DNA of 63,054 nucleotides, filler included, from Gonapodya sp. JEL0774 (Eukaryota): NCBI GenBank assembly GCA_027604505.1. It is 27 parts of 27 records of this genome, joined end to end, with 100 filler letters (N's around TTAATTAATTAA, not from the genome) between each part and the next. Parts side by side here need not be neighbours in the genome. Positions count along the whole stretch, not along the records: positions 1 to 2,257 come from JADIIX010002086.1; positions 2,358 to 4,613 come from JADIIX010002087.1; positions 4,714 to 6,968 come from JADIIX010002088.1; positions 7,069 to 9,322 come from JADIIX010002089.1; positions 9,423 to 11,676 come from JADIIX010002090.1; positions 11,777 to 14,023 come from JADIIX010002091.1; 21 more parts are not named here. One strand, written 5' to 3'. The position numbers and the translations under genes are program-made. Position 1 is the first letter of the stretch; every line of letters begins with the position of its first letter. The notes beneath the pieces were generated by a model. The model worked only from the letters and a program-made list of their open reading frames with translations, did not search any database and was not told where the DNA came from. This document shows, one piece after another, positions 1 to 12,038 of this stretch.

Positions 1-618
1 CTGAGGTACTTGAATGGAACACAAGGGCATGGCATTACTTACTTGGGAAAGAATGATCCCATAAGAAAATCAATGAGCAATCGTGAAATCTTGCAAGGAT
101 ATGCTTCAGAGCCTTTCAAAGGACTCTTTGATGCAGATTGGGCTCGGGATATTTATCACCGCAAATTTCGCTATGGTTATGTGCTCTTGATGGCAGGGGG
201 AGCTGTTTCTTGGTGGAGTGGAAAGCAAGATATTGTGGCCACTTCAACAACTCACGCAGAGCACTTTGCACAAGACTATGCAGTCAGAGAACTCATTTGG
301 ATCAAACAGTTCTTGAAGGAATTAGGCAGCCCCATTGATGATTCAGTTGAAGTTCATTGTCATGCAACTACATCTCTTCCTCTCTTGATGGGTGATAATC
401 AAGGAGCACTCAATCTTGCAAGAAATCCAGTTCCCCACAAAAAGACCAAACACATTAATGTGAATTATCCTTTTATCAGAGAACAGCTACAGAAAAATTT
501 GCTTAAGCCCACATACTGTCCAACAAAGAACAACACTGCAGATGTGATGACCAAGCTATTGTCAACACCTGATTTTGAACAACACTGTGCAGGAATGGGA
601 TTGGGAGCAATTGGATAG
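1..618 (+). mobile_element. Ty1/copia LTR retrotransposon pol C-terminus (end of RT + RNase H), 5'-truncated
   Basis: Translation gives LRYLNGT...FDADWA...GAVSWWSGKQ..VATST..AE...DNQGA..LA.NP..HKKTKHI....FIRE...NTADVMTK, the copia RNase H motifs. A purine-rich AGAGGGAG followed by TG near 658-668 is a plausible PPT/3' LTR start. Confidence 0.93.
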
Positions 619-668
619 TTGGAGTTGATTGGAAACAACACACTGGAGTTTTATTTCAGAGGGAGTGT

Positions 669-2257
669 GCAGTCTTGAGTGAAATACACATTGGTGACAC
701 AATAATTTGTATAAGTTGGATTGGGACTCCAGAGATGATTTGGGAAAGTGTTTGGATGAGTCATTGCTGTGGCCTGTGTGGCACAGTCAAACAGAGTACA
801 TATAAGCGGCCCATTTTCCCATGTAGTGTGTGTGAGAAAAGACAAGTCAAGTTTCAACACGAAGAGTTTCCACCATTAATTGTTGGGAGTGATTGCTCCA
901 CACCTGCCAGGCTGGACAGATAACCATGTCTTCCCCATCAGTTCCTTTGCAACCCGAGTAGGGGTCACAAATCTGGCCTTGAGCCAATCCCATATCTCCA
1001 TTCCCTGTCCCATTGTTGAGTGTTGTCAATGGCAAGGGTAAGGGCTGCAGAGACCCTGTCGTCCAGTTTGCGGTGAGGGTAAGTGGTGACAGTAATAGTT
1101 GCGCCAGCCACAGGAACTGGCAGACCATTGTCAGCAGCCAAAACTCCTGCTCAAGTTGTTGGGGCAGCTACTGGGGTGGTTGTGACAGTTGTGATAGTGG
1201 TGAGGTCAGTGTTCCTTCAGCCTGAACATCTTCACCACCCTCACCATCCTCAGCTTCCCCCCCCCATACTCTGAATGTCCACTTTTCTCAGTGAGCTTCT
1301 CTCCTACAACCTTCAGGAGGTCCATCGGCCTGAACTCCCTGGTCATACCACCGGTGGAATTGGTTGGGCTGCATTTTGACCTCACTTGGTGGCCCACAAT
1401 AAACTTCGGCGTTGTGAGGTGTGTATGGGACGTGGCCATGTCCAAGCAGATTCCTGGCAGTACTTTGCCAGATCTCTGTAGATGTCACTGTATTCATTAT
1501 CATGCCCCCAATAACGTTTCTTTAAAGCAAATGTTATCATGGAATATCTTTGCTAATCTGTCAGCCCTCTTACCTGACGGAACAGGCAGTCTAGTTGGCT
1601 TTTCCAGCAACTCTGAAGTTCCACTAGGGGGAGTTTTCAGGAAGGACGCACAGCACTTTACTCAAGCAACACAAGGACTATTTTTGATGTGGTGATCCAC
1701 AATGTGGGGTATGTTTTTGTGATGGGCCACAACGTTGGCGTTCATAAGGTGCTGCACCCTCTAATCAACAGCATGAAATGACTTCAAAACAAAATGACAC
1801 AAAGTCCATACCACAAGGAGGTGCATACACCTGATAGCATGAATATTTTGAGATCCATTGTATTTTGTCAGAGTCAGCAGATCAGCAATACACTATATAT
1901 AGGTGTCCCCATGATGAAGTGTCAACAAACTAATAATGCATACAAACCAACCACCGTCCTTATTCCTGTGTGCAAGAGCATTTTGACGGCCCCAAGGTTA
2001 TGTTGATTAAGCAGAAGACTGTATCCCACGTGGAACAATTTTGTTTGTGGTGACTGGTGTGTGAACAGGATTTGCAGTTTGCTGAGGAGTCACAACAACT
2101 AATTGTACCCTTACCCGGTACAAAGTACAAACAACATTTACACAAAGAGTCTATATATAAATAAGTGTCAGAGAACGCGGTTTCCAAAAAATTAAATAGG
2201 GGCCGGCATCGGCTTCAACTGGCTAAAAGTCTGGCCCGATTTGACAGGCCTCGAGGC
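669..2257. repeat. Degenerate, CpG-poor repeat-derived sequence (possible LTR and/or decayed gag-like element on the minus strand)
   Basis: Follows the copia pol, has only broken ORFs with Cys/His-rich fragments, and is visibly CG-poor and TG/CA-rich. Confidence 0.3.
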
Positions 2258-2357
2258 NNNNNNNNNNNNNNNNNNNNNNNNNNNNNNNNNNNNNNNNNNN
2301 NTTAATTAATTAANNNNNNNNNNNNNNNNNNNNNNNNNNNNNNNNNNNNNNNNNNNN
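2258..2357. other. Artificial contig linker N44-TTAATTAATTAA-N44 (first of 26)
   Basis: Identical 100-bp linker with stops in all six frames, also starting at 4614, 6969, 9323, 11677, 14024, 16371, 18716, 21061, 23404, 25747, 28089, 30428, 32765, 35101, 37435, 39767, 42098, 44429, 46759, 49089, 51418, 53746, 56074, 58402 and 60729. Confidence 0.99.
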
Positions 2358-3257
2358 CTCGGATTGCCAACAGGTGCCCTGAACAGGTCTCTGGCCGAGA
2401 TTTTCAGGACTCCTCAAAGCATCGCGGCGCGCGCTATCGCTCACTTTACGACTCCGGAAAAGACGCTCCTGTGGGAATCAGCGAGGACCGAGCCTGGTCA
2501 ACATCGGGTAATCGAGGCGATCCACGAGCGTCTCTTGCGACGCCATCCAGATCTGAGTTTGGAAAAGCCGGGAGACGACGACTCGATCAGGGCAGCACTT
2601 GATTACTACAATATGATGCGTTTCGAGGATCGAAGAGTGAGGGCCACCATGACCCCTCTGATGGCTGCAGTGATTGTTGGTAATGCCCAGAGTGTTCTTG
2701 CTCTGCTGGACTTGGGTGCAAAGCCTCAGGGCGATTTTCGCCCAGGACATCCGCTCTTCCTGGCGTCTGAAGGGGAGAGTCTCGAGGTGATGAGACTGCT
2801 GCTGGAGAAGGGTGCGTACTCTAAAGAAGCCCATGACAATCCACTTGCCAACTGCTCAAGAATGGGAAAAGTCGATCATGTGCAACTGCTTCTGGAGCAT
2901 GGTGCAGATCCGAATTTGCATGGGCATCAAGGTTTGGCTCTTACCCGTGCAGCTGAAAATGGGCACCTAAACATTATGAAACTTCTGTTGGACCATGGGG
3001 CAGATGTGAACCAGAACGAAAATTCTGCCCTTTGGTGTGCGGTCCGTGGAGGTGGACTCGAGGTGGTGAAGTTTCTCTTGGAGAACGGTGCTGATTCCAG
3101 AGCAAAATCAGGATACAAGCAGGCCGCATTGGAATTTGCAGAGAAGAATGGACATGGGGACGTTGTAAAGTACATTCGAGCGCATCGTCCTGATCCTGAT
3201 CGTCGGCGGACCGCATGGACAGGTGTCAAAGGGAAGGAGGACAAAGTAACAGACTAA
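2358..3257 (+). CDS. Ankyrin-repeat protein with F-box-like N-terminal family domain (5'-partial)
   Basis: About 5-6 ANK repeats (TPLMAA..GN, PLFLA, ALTRAAENGH...LLDHGADVN). N-terminal LGLPTGALNRSLAEIFRTPQSIAARA is shared with the genes at 26451, 40116 and 41485. Confidence 0.92.
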   Translation, partial: LGLPTGALNRSLAEIFRTPQSIAARAIAHFTTPEKTLLWESARTEPGQHRVIEAIHERLLRRHPDLSLEKPGDDDSIRAALDYYNMMRFEDRRVRATMTPLMAAVIVGNAQSVLALLDLGAKPQGDFRPGHPLFLASEGESLEVMRLLLEKGAYSKEAHDNPLANCSRMGKVDHVQLLLEHGADPNLHGHQGLALTRAAENGHLNIMKLLLDHGADVNQNENSALWCAVRGGGLEVVKFLLENGADSRAKSGYKQAALEFAEKNGHGDVVKYIRAHRPDPDRRRTAWTGVKGKEDKVTD

Positions 3258-4128
3258 GAGGGCAGATGAGGGCCGCCAATATACGTTTCTGACTATGCAA
3301 TAGCTGTGAGTGGAGGCGACGAAAATGTCGTGCACAACGCATCACAGTGCTTGAGATCCACAGTCCTAGCTGGTTGATATTCAAACGTGTTCATACCCAA
3401 ACAAAACAACTGAATTTATGATTGTTCCAACAGAGTGTGTGTTGGACTGCGCAATTTGCTCTATGGCTTTTAACAGGATAATTGGCCACGGATGTACGGG
3501 TTAAGAAATTAGAAAGGCAAGGAAATGTCCATGCAAAAGTGCGCAAGTGAGCATTCACCCCTCGAGCTCAAGGGCAAAAGAGGGATACCTAAGTTTTCAA
3601 GCATGGCCGAGAGGTCTGGTGATCGAGCGACTGGTATAGTCGGTGTATGCTTGCTCAGACGCCAACAACGTCCCAGGAGGACTATGGAGAGGGACTGCAG
3701 ATCCACAGTAACTTGCATTGGGCGTCTTCTCACTTGTGCTGAGCTGAGTTGGACTGATTCAACGTGCTAAGTTGCCACACCAAGTCACTTTGTGCGTTCG
3801 GTCCGCAACTGACGTGAGCGGGTTTTCTTTCATCAACTGCAACCCCCGGACGCAATCAATCGCCCTCTGTAGTCTTCCGATTGAACAGTTGTGAATTTTG
3901 CACGCGTTGTACAGTTTCGGTGGACTGATATTGAGCAGGGGACCAGACAGACGCAAATCATGATCAGGTACTGGTTCCAGGGACCCTTAAGGGCAGAATC
4001 CCACCAACGCAAAAATGACGACAGGACATCGTTTTCGCCTTGGTATCCCCTGAGTAATTTGCGCTCTTCGGGTAAGAAAATGTGCGCTCTTATCAAGGAT
4101 TCCAATTTCCATTGCAATCATCATCGAA

Positions 4129-4613
4129 ATGTCGCATCCACACCAAACACATCACCAACCCACCACCACCACCGATCCCGATCCCGTCCATCCATCCTCC
4201 ACCTCCAGTTCCCCTTTCAGCGTCGAATCCACCGACCTTGATCGCCTCTTCGATCCCAAAAATGTCGACCTGCTCCTCTCACGATTCGGTGGATTGCAGG
4301 GGCTCCTCAAGGAGCTCCGAGTGAATCCTGAGCGAGGACTGGACGGGGAAGATCGCGGAGATGATGCTACTGGGGAGGGAGTCGGACGAGAGCAGGATGT
4401 AGAGGAGCGGGGAGAGACGGTGAGTGCTGTGATGTCCCATGGCGATTCAGTTGGTGCACAACCTCTTGACATTGACTCAACCCCGATGTTTCTAATCCTT
4501 GGCGATTGGCGTGTGTCGCAGGTCCTCAGTCCCGCGCGACGGAGACAACTCTTCGGAGAGAATCGGCTTCCGGGTGTAAAACCCAAATCCATCTTCGTGC
4601 TCATGCTCGAAGC
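4129..4613 (+). CDS. PMC1: Ca2+-transporting P-type ATPase (PMCA/Pmc1-like) N-terminus, 3'-partial
   Basis: LFDPKN...FGGLQGL..L..NPERGL and RRQLFGENRLP..KPKSIF.L match Cation_ATPase_N. GT-AG intron at about 4420-4521. Confidence 0.85.
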
Positions 4614-4713
4614 NNNNNNNNNNNNNNNNNNNNNNNNNNNNNNNNNNNNNNNNNNNNTTAATTAATTAANNNNNNNNNNNNNNNNNNNNNNNNNNNNNNN
4701 NNNNNNNNNNNNN

Positions 4714-5648
4714 TGGGGGAGGAGGAGGGGCTACAAAGACAGAAGGAGTGAGTAGTCAAGAAACGGTTGCATGCGGGAGCAGAATCGGGTCGCAAACGTG
4801 GAGCTTACCGGCGGGGGGTGGAGTCGCTGCTGTGGCAGGTGGAGGAGGGGGGTTCGCAGCCGGTGGAGGCGGTGGAACGACAGCGGGAGGAGGAGGCGGC
4901 GGAAGAGGAGGTGGAGGGGGAGGTGGAGGCGGAGGAGGAGGAGGTGGTGGTGGTGGTGGCGGTGTGGGTGCAACACAGCTTTCGGTTCAGACAAGCTAGT
5001 TGAGTTTCAGCAGTTTAGTGGACCCATGTCACACACCATACCTGTACGTCGCAGAATTCCATGTTGTTCCAGCGTTGCAAACGCAGCTTCATGTCCGAGT
5101 AAATAATGTTCGAAAGTAAGCATAATCTCTCACGTTGGTTGGAAGAGGGTCACACTGCGGAACGTACCCATACGTAGTGTCCCAATACGATCCAGGAGAG
5201 CAACATTGGCCCTGTTGTGCAGAGAACCACCCCGAGCGACAAACACATGTTTGTGCAGACGTTGGAACAGTCCCCCAGGGGCAATCGGTGGGTGTAGCTC
5301 CGTAGCAACTGACAGGGAGACAACAACCGAGGGATTGACGAAATCAGCTAAAAACCATCCGTTTCAAGTGAATCAGGTTTCCTTCACGCACGTTTGGCCG
5401 TTCCATGATGTTCCTGTGTTGCAGACGCAACCGAGCGTGTTGTCCCAGTAGCTGTTTGGGGAGCAGCACTGGCCCGATCCCGCCGGATGATACCCGGTCA
5501 AGCAGATGCACAAGCTGCCCGAAGCCACCGTGCCCCATGGGCAGGGAGCGCGGGCTTGGAGGTGGCTTCCGCTGCCGTCGGCACAAGGGGGCAGCCAGAT
5601 CAAGGCAGCCACAACAACAACAAAAACACCACTCGGTAGAGCTCGCAT
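4714..5648 (-). CDS. Secreted Cys-rich repeat protein with polyproline stalk (3'-partial, spliced)
   Basis: Signal-peptide-like MRALPSGVFVVVVAALIWL, two CPWGTV...CxC...GQCCSPxSYWD modules, then a long poly-Pro tract. Confidence 0.7.
4840..4965. repeat. GGN trinucleotide low-complexity tract (poly-Pro coding on minus strand)
   Basis: GGA/GGT/GGC runs are directly visible. Confidence 0.9.
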
Positions 5649-6506
5649 CGTCGAGGCTCAATGAGAATCGCTGCTCGCTCGTGGCCGTTGATTCAGCGGA
5701 CTCTGGCGAGTTTTCTTATTGATGATGGCCCGGAATCGGACTGCGCGCATCCTCAGTGGCCTTACCTTAAAAGAACAGTTTCTCCACAGCGCTCCTCAAA
5801 TCAGTGACTTCTTATTGCCTGCTTCGCTCTCAATTACACTCATACAATTGCTGTTTCCAGTATTCCAAAGAAAAAGGAGAGTTGCATGCTTTATCCTGAT
5901 GCTCAGTCTCCGTGTGCCGCCAGACATCAGAAATCTTCCTCATAGTCAATTCCGGTTCTCAAAACTGTCAAGCACAGACCTTGTCATCTATCAAAGCAAG
6001 ATACACCTGTAGATTGTGGATGGGTGTTGTTGGTGTACAGTCATCATAGGTCAGGTATGAGCGCCTTGCTGTACCTGTCCGGCAAATCTCTGCCCCGGAA
6101 GATCTCTCCGCTTCAGATCTCCCCCGATGCGTGTTTTCTGTTCAATGGTTCTCTCTTAGTCTACGTCGTTTGGCGACGGGAAGTTGGAAAGCGTTGAGGC
6201 TTCCTTCAAACCACAAACATGCACCGCGGCAGCAGCCACATTAGCCGCTCATCTCCCGAACCACTGTTCCAAAGGTCAACTTTTCTTAATACGTATGGTC
6301 ACCAACATCAATGTCGATCATGTAATACTCTCATTACCACTATCAAGTTCGCAGACAAATCGGGCCAATATAAACCTATCCACGTCAATCAGCTGTGGTC
6401 GCGCGCGGCTCACCGCATCTACTGTCCAACTGGAGCTATGATTCCGTATGCATATCACCGACTCCATTACTTGATACGAATTGTCCCAACATGTCACGTC
6501 CCACAC

Positions 6507-6968
6507 CTACGGCCCCGACTCTGTCGTGGACTCCTTCTTTGCTCCCTCCTTGAGCATCCGCACCCTCTCCTCGACCTCCTCAATCTCTCTCTGAAGTTTC
6601 TCCTCCTTCTCCAGCACTTTGTAAACGTACGCCCATTCTGGAACGGCCGGAACCTGTTCCCGTACCCACGCTGAAAAGTCGTCAAAGTAAGACGTTGAGT
6701 CGACCAACGCGCCCGTCTTGGGTTCAGTGGTTTTGTAGCGGATGTCCACAAGGTGGGGCGTGGGTGTGTCGGGCTGTGTAGCGACCGTGGTCTCGGAGGG
6801 TGGGGATAAACCGGACGCGGAGGTCTTTTGTGCCAACACGTGTTCGCCGCGGCGCCGGATGAAGAGTTGTCCTTCCAGGACTGCGAGCTGCGCGATGGCT
6901 GAGAGGGCCGCGAAAGAGGTAGAGTAGGTCAGGAGAGCTGAGAACGAACCTAGGAGGTGGAGAACGGC
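6507..6968 (-). CDS. Hypothetical protein C-terminus (hydrophobic segment + coiled coil)
   Basis: Frame is open from the contig end to the stop at 6507 and ends in an E/K-rich heptad segment. Confidence 0.5.
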   Translation of the reverse strand, partial: AVLHLLGSFSALLTYSTSFAALSAIAQLAVLEGQLFIRRRGEHVLAQKTSASGLSPPSETTVATQPDTPTPHLVDIRYKTTEPKTGALVDSTSYFDDFSAWVREQVPAVPEWAYVYKVLEKEEKLQREIEEVEERVRMLKEGAKKESTTESGP

Positions 6969-7068
6969 NNNNNNNNNNNNNNNNNNNNNNNNNNNNNNNN
7001 NNNNNNNNNNNNTTAATTAATTAANNNNNNNNNNNNNNNNNNNNNNNNNNNNNNNNNNNNNNNNNNNN

Positions 7069-9243
7069 TCATCAATGCACCAAAGATTAGTGAAATCAGG
7101 ACTTCACATCAGGCGACGCTGAAAGCTTTCCGGGAGCGGGGCGAGACGATTCGTCGAGGGGTTTTGCCGGTAAGCAGATGCAAAAGACAATTCAATCACA
7201 CCAAGATCATGGCAAGGACTGATTCACATCACTGTTTTTTCCCCGTCAGTGGAAGCCCTGGCGCTCCAGCGTCTCGGTTGGTCACCCTGCCGTTCTCCGT
7301 GAAATCTATGTGGGGAAGGACTGGGAAGCGTTCGACAGGCCTATTTGGAGTCAGGATCCGAGTCAAACGTATCACGCTGGCGGATTGATTCTGATCCCGA
7401 ATGGGAAAGAGTGGAGGGAGGCGAGGGAGGTTGGTATTTTGAAGTGGAAGGAAGAATGGTCATTGCACGTCGTCGCAAGGCAAATGCTGATGATATATGT
7501 TGCGGCGCCTCTAAGCTCCTGGGGAAAACCTTCACGACAACTACTGTCCGGACCTACATGCCCATGTGAGTGTTTGTTCGTTCCTGTCGGTACTCGCGTG
7601 ATCGCGGTACTTACGATACAGTGAACCTTCACAGCCTGCAAGAAGAATTGACCACGCTCCTCAGCCTTCTGGAGAAGGAGAACGCCAAGCACCCAGATGG
7701 GTTCGATATTCAAGAGTTTTACAACCGCTACACTTTTGACACGATCACTCGGTAAGATCCACAGTCTAGGGAACAAACTGCGCTTCGGAGAGAAGCTGAA
7801 GCGTCACACATTTTTGACGCGTTATTGCTCCTTGTTTGCCAATCCATGTTCTCCGACGCTTAGCCTCACTTTTGGATCATTTCTTGGTGTGCAAAACGAC
7901 TTTGAGTCTCCGTATCTGAAGGGTTGGGACAATGTTTTAGGTATCTCGAGTATCTGGACTATGATAACAGGCATATCGGGGGAATGGGCGGTGCCGGGCT
8001 CCGTCAAAACATCGTGAGTTGTATGGATGAAGGGTTAGACCAGAAAGCCATGGCTCCAACTTCCATCTTGTCGGGGATGAAATCAACCGACAGGTTCTTC
8101 AAGAATTACAACATTATACGTTCACTCATCACCACTAATATCGAGCGCGTTCGGAGCGGGAAGGTTACGGATGCCAGGGTCTGTATTTTGGACGACATGA
8201 TGCGAGGTTCAAGGCTACCCGAATTCATGGAGAAGAACGATGAGGAACTCATCAAGCAATTGGTGCGTGCAGTTATTATAAATTAGTTGGGCTTGTTCTG
8301 ACTTGTGTTACAGATGACACTGCTGTTTGCCGGTCATGGTATGTAATGTCCAGGGGCTCGCGTCCTGCTCCATCGATTTGAAACTTCGATTTCCGATATG
8401 ATATAGACACCACTAGTGCTCTATTATCGTTCCTGACCTATCATATATCAGTGAGTCCAAAATTAGGGCGATCTCTGTAGTTTTCGACCCTTTCACTCCT
8501 GCCCACTAACGAATCTAATAGCTCAACACTGAGTGGCAAAACCTTGTGCGCTCAGAGGTCCAAGCCGCCTTTTCTCCCTCTGACGTTCTGACCCTTGAAA
8601 AGCTCGAATCGCTTCCTCGTTTGACCGCAGTCATTAAGGAGACTCTCCGCATGTATCCGTCGGCGCCGTTTGGAGCAGGGCGTCAAGTAGCTCGAGATAC
8701 GAGGTGCGCGTACACTGACAAGGATGGCAAGCAAAAGTTTGTTCAGTTCAAGAAAGGAGATACAGTGCTCCCAATGATGGTGAGTGACCACCGTTACTTG
8801 GTCGAATCACATCTCGTTGAACCACTCCATAATGCCCGACGTGGATGCATGCTTTAGTATCTTGCGCAAATGACTCAAGAGTTCTGGAACAAACCAGTGG
8901 ATGAGTGGGATCCTTCCCGGTGGATGGATGATCCGAACGGTGGTGCATCAAGTCCTTACGCTTACGCACCATTTGGAAACGGTGCCCGCAGATGTTTGGG
9001 AGAGAGGTATGTTTTCTCGTTATCTCGATTTCACCACTTCTTGGTCACGCCTAATATTTGTTCACGACTTCCACACCTAGGCTTGCGCTCGGTGAAGCAA
9101 GGCTGACTTTAGCTGAGCTCCTCCGGCGATATGAGATTTTACCTGCAAACGACCCAACTGGGAAGTTCAAATTCGCACACTACTTCACTGGAACGATCAA
9201 GGCAGCTAATGGGGTGGGCGTGCATCTTGCGCCGATCCGTTGA
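7069..9243 (+). CDS. Cytochrome P450 (multi-exon, 5'-partial)
   Basis: I-helix LLFAGH|DTT split by an intron, K-helix KETLR, PSRW, heme motif PFGNGARRCLG; multiple GT-AG introns. Confidence 0.95.
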
Positions 9244-9811
9244 TCTAGAAAGTTTTGAAAAGTTCGATAAACTCGCAGTCGTTTGAACTTTTGGACCGGT
9301 ACAATTTTCGTGTATTGTACGGNNNNNNNNNNNNNNNNNNNNNNNNNNNNNNNNNNNNNNNNNNNNTTAATTAATTAANNNNNNNNNNNNNNNNNNNNNN
9401 NNNNNNNNNNNNNNNNNNNNNNAAGTATGGTTGATATACAGTTGGTACTGCAATTTCTCGCGTAGTTCCTGGAGGATTTGAATGTGCGGCCTGAGCTGGC
9501 CGGTGAAGTATGCCATCACAACAAAATTCAAAAAACCAAGCTGTCGCTCCAGCTGAGCTGACGTTGGCGAGCATGTCGAAAGTCCCCGGCCACTGCTTCC
9601 CCAACCATTCCCACCTGGGACGACGTTGGCGAGAATGTGGGGAAGGGCAGGCGGCGCACACAAGGTAAGCCAGACCCCGCTCAGGGTGCACGGGGCCCGT
9701 ACCCCTTCGTACCTTGGCTGCAACGCAGCAAAATCCAGGACTGTTCTCCTTCAATCTGTGATATCCCACTGCTGCAGTCACCTTCACGCCGCTGTCTTTG
9801 GCATCAGTTAA

Positions 9812-11186
9812 ATGAATGCCCTCCCGCTCGAAGTTCTCCACAAAGTCTTCCGCTTGCTCCCACCTCGGACCTTCTACTCCATTGTTCTCCGGCTCTCCCG
9901 GACGTTTCATAACAGCGCCTTGAGCGCTATTCCAGGATGTCCCGGAGACACCGTCAATGTGATTTGTAAATTTGTCTTCCTGAATCGTGGGCGGGGAACG
10001 GTCTGTAAAGTACTCCCGAAATTGGACGAGTTCCAAACTATTCGCGATCCAAGAACAGGGAGTTCACTCGGGAGCGCCATTTTTGCAACCGTTGTTGTCA
10101 CTCCTGGTACAATCCCGGCCAATGTGACCGGCCTTGAATGAACTCCTCAGCCATCACCGCTTCAATGGCATCAAGAAACACCCCTTTCACTTGGGATGCA
10201 ACAGTTGTGCAGAGGCGATTGGGGAACGTGATAGTTCTCAGAGAAAGCATTCTCGCTATCACGCCGGAAAGATTACCGGTGGATGCAATGGCAAAGATGT
10301 TTGACTTTGGGAACGCGCTCGCCGTTCGCGAATTTCAGGCTGTCGCGGCATACGTCAATTTGCTAGAGGGATTTTCAGAGGACGTTGTTATGCGATCAGT
10401 GGAGCGGGTTGTTGTTATTGGTACACTCCTCACCTCTGAGTTCGACGACAATGTCATCAGAAGTGTTCAAAACGTACTCACGAGATTCCCAACGGCCTCG
10501 TCTCTGCAAGGAAATATGTTTTTGCCCGTTAATGACTCAAACGATCGTGACCTTACTCTCCTACGGAAATTTGTTCCAGATGCGCGGCTTCGCATTGTGC
10601 GCAGCGTGATAAATGTCGGAGGTGTACTCCGTGACACTTTGATTGCAACTAGTCCTTGGCGGCAAATAGATACTGTACTTCGGAACCAATTTTTCGCTGC
10701 GCGGAAAGTTTTTCCAAACGTGGACGAGCTTGGAGCACTCCCAATATTGTGGGACGACGTCACTGGAGAAAAGTTGACAACTTTCAGTGGTGTCAGCCCA
10801 CTTTCAGACATTCGCACCTTCCATGTCCGCATCTCTAATTCGCAACTTGGCGCAGTCGTCAATCAATTACCTTGCTCCGAAGCCGTTGCCGACCTCACCA
10901 ACTATCAAAATATTGGCGACCTGTTGTCACTCTTACCCTCATTACGACTACTTGTAGTGGTTGAACCGGTACGATACGAGCTCATGAAGGACGTCAATTG
11001 GCCTGGGAGCTCTGCTTCCGTATTGGGAAGATTCTAGCTGCGTTTGTCAGCGTCGTACCAGATACGTGTGTGATTGAGATACCGAAATTCGCAGAGACTT
11101 TGGAAGGGAAGATATGGCTCAGGTGTGAAAGCCAAAAGCAGGCTTGGCCCTTGGTCCTGCGCGGTTGGGTTGGGGCTACTAGGTGA
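9812..11186 (+). pseudogene. F-box protein, frameshifted (pseudogene or assembly indels)
   Basis: N-terminal MNALPLEVLHKVFRLL...LSRTFH is an F-box. The frame shifts near 10138 and 11030 with no obvious intron. Confidence 0.6.
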
Positions 11187-11776
11187 TCAAAGTGCTCCGG
11201 GGCCGCTTGATATTTGGTGGAAGTTCGAGTTCGGTGATTGTTGGCTCTAACGGATGAATTCTTCCCTCGGGAGTCAGATTGCGGACAGCGGCTTGTTTTT
11301 GACGGCTAGTGGTTGGGAGGAGATGTAACGTTGTTACATATTGGGACTTTCCATTTCGCAAAAGAGGTGTGTCATCTGGTTACTCCTACAAGTGACTCCA
11401 TGGTTATGTCATGTCAGGCTGGAATAGTCGTTAGTCAATGAATCGCGTGTCTCCGCTATGGGAATTCCTGGGCTCCACCCTCCATCATATCTTGTCAAAT
11501 CTTGATTCTGACCAGTGGTTTCACGTGAAATGTAATTTGATGTTATTCAAACAATAATCCGTACAATATCGCTCGCAATTTTTTCAAATATGTCCAGCAG
11601 GCGCCCACTCTGTTCCAAACCTCCATGCACCGCTCCACCTCCACGCGAATACGTACGGCAATAGTATTCGACCAACNNNNNNNNNNNNNNNNNNNNNNNN
11701 NNNNNNNNNNNNNNNNNNNNTTAATTAATTAANNNNNNNNNNNNNNNNNNNNNNNNNNNNNNNNNNNNNNNNNNNN

Positions 11777-12038
11777 TTCTATCCAGATTACATTTCAGCG
11801 GTCCACCACTCCAACGATCCTTTTCTTCAAGCAACGACAGAGCACTTTGATGTATCTTTCTGATATGACTGACATGCTCGTTGGCGCGCTGGGCAACGAT
11901 CGAGGGATGAAGCAGGAGGCCGTTTCTGGCGGTGGTTAATGCTCCCAGGTATCCGACAGACAGGCCAACAGCGAGTGCGATGACAAGGGCGAAGAAGTTG
12001 GGAACGCGTTGATGCGATGAGAATGAAACGAAGGTCAT
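11777..12038 (-). CDS. N-terminus of a membrane-anchored protein (3'-partial)
   Basis: MTFVSF...FFALVIALAVGLSVGYLG signal-anchor segment, open to the contig end. Confidence 0.45.

Noticed and set aside
2198..2257. HDV-like ribozyme (starts GGCCGGCAT)
   Set aside because: I could not build the nested double pseudoknot, and the sequence is cut by the contig end.
2302..2313. Regularly spaced TTAATTAATTAA palindromes as a CRISPR-like or biological repeat
   Set aside because: They are always embedded in exactly 44+44 Ns, which marks an assembly linker.
4748..5106. Plus-strand Gly-, Glu- or Arg-rich ORFs
   Set aside because: These are shadows of the minus-strand poly-Pro exon, which has a signal peptide and splice sites.
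9577..9700. RNase MRP RNA (GAAAGTCCCCGG ... CACGGGGC resemble the P4 strands)
   Set aside because: There is no GARAR P8 hairpin, the 3' strand lacks the expected GGGGCU(C/U)A, and the spacing is short. Kept only as a generic structured region.
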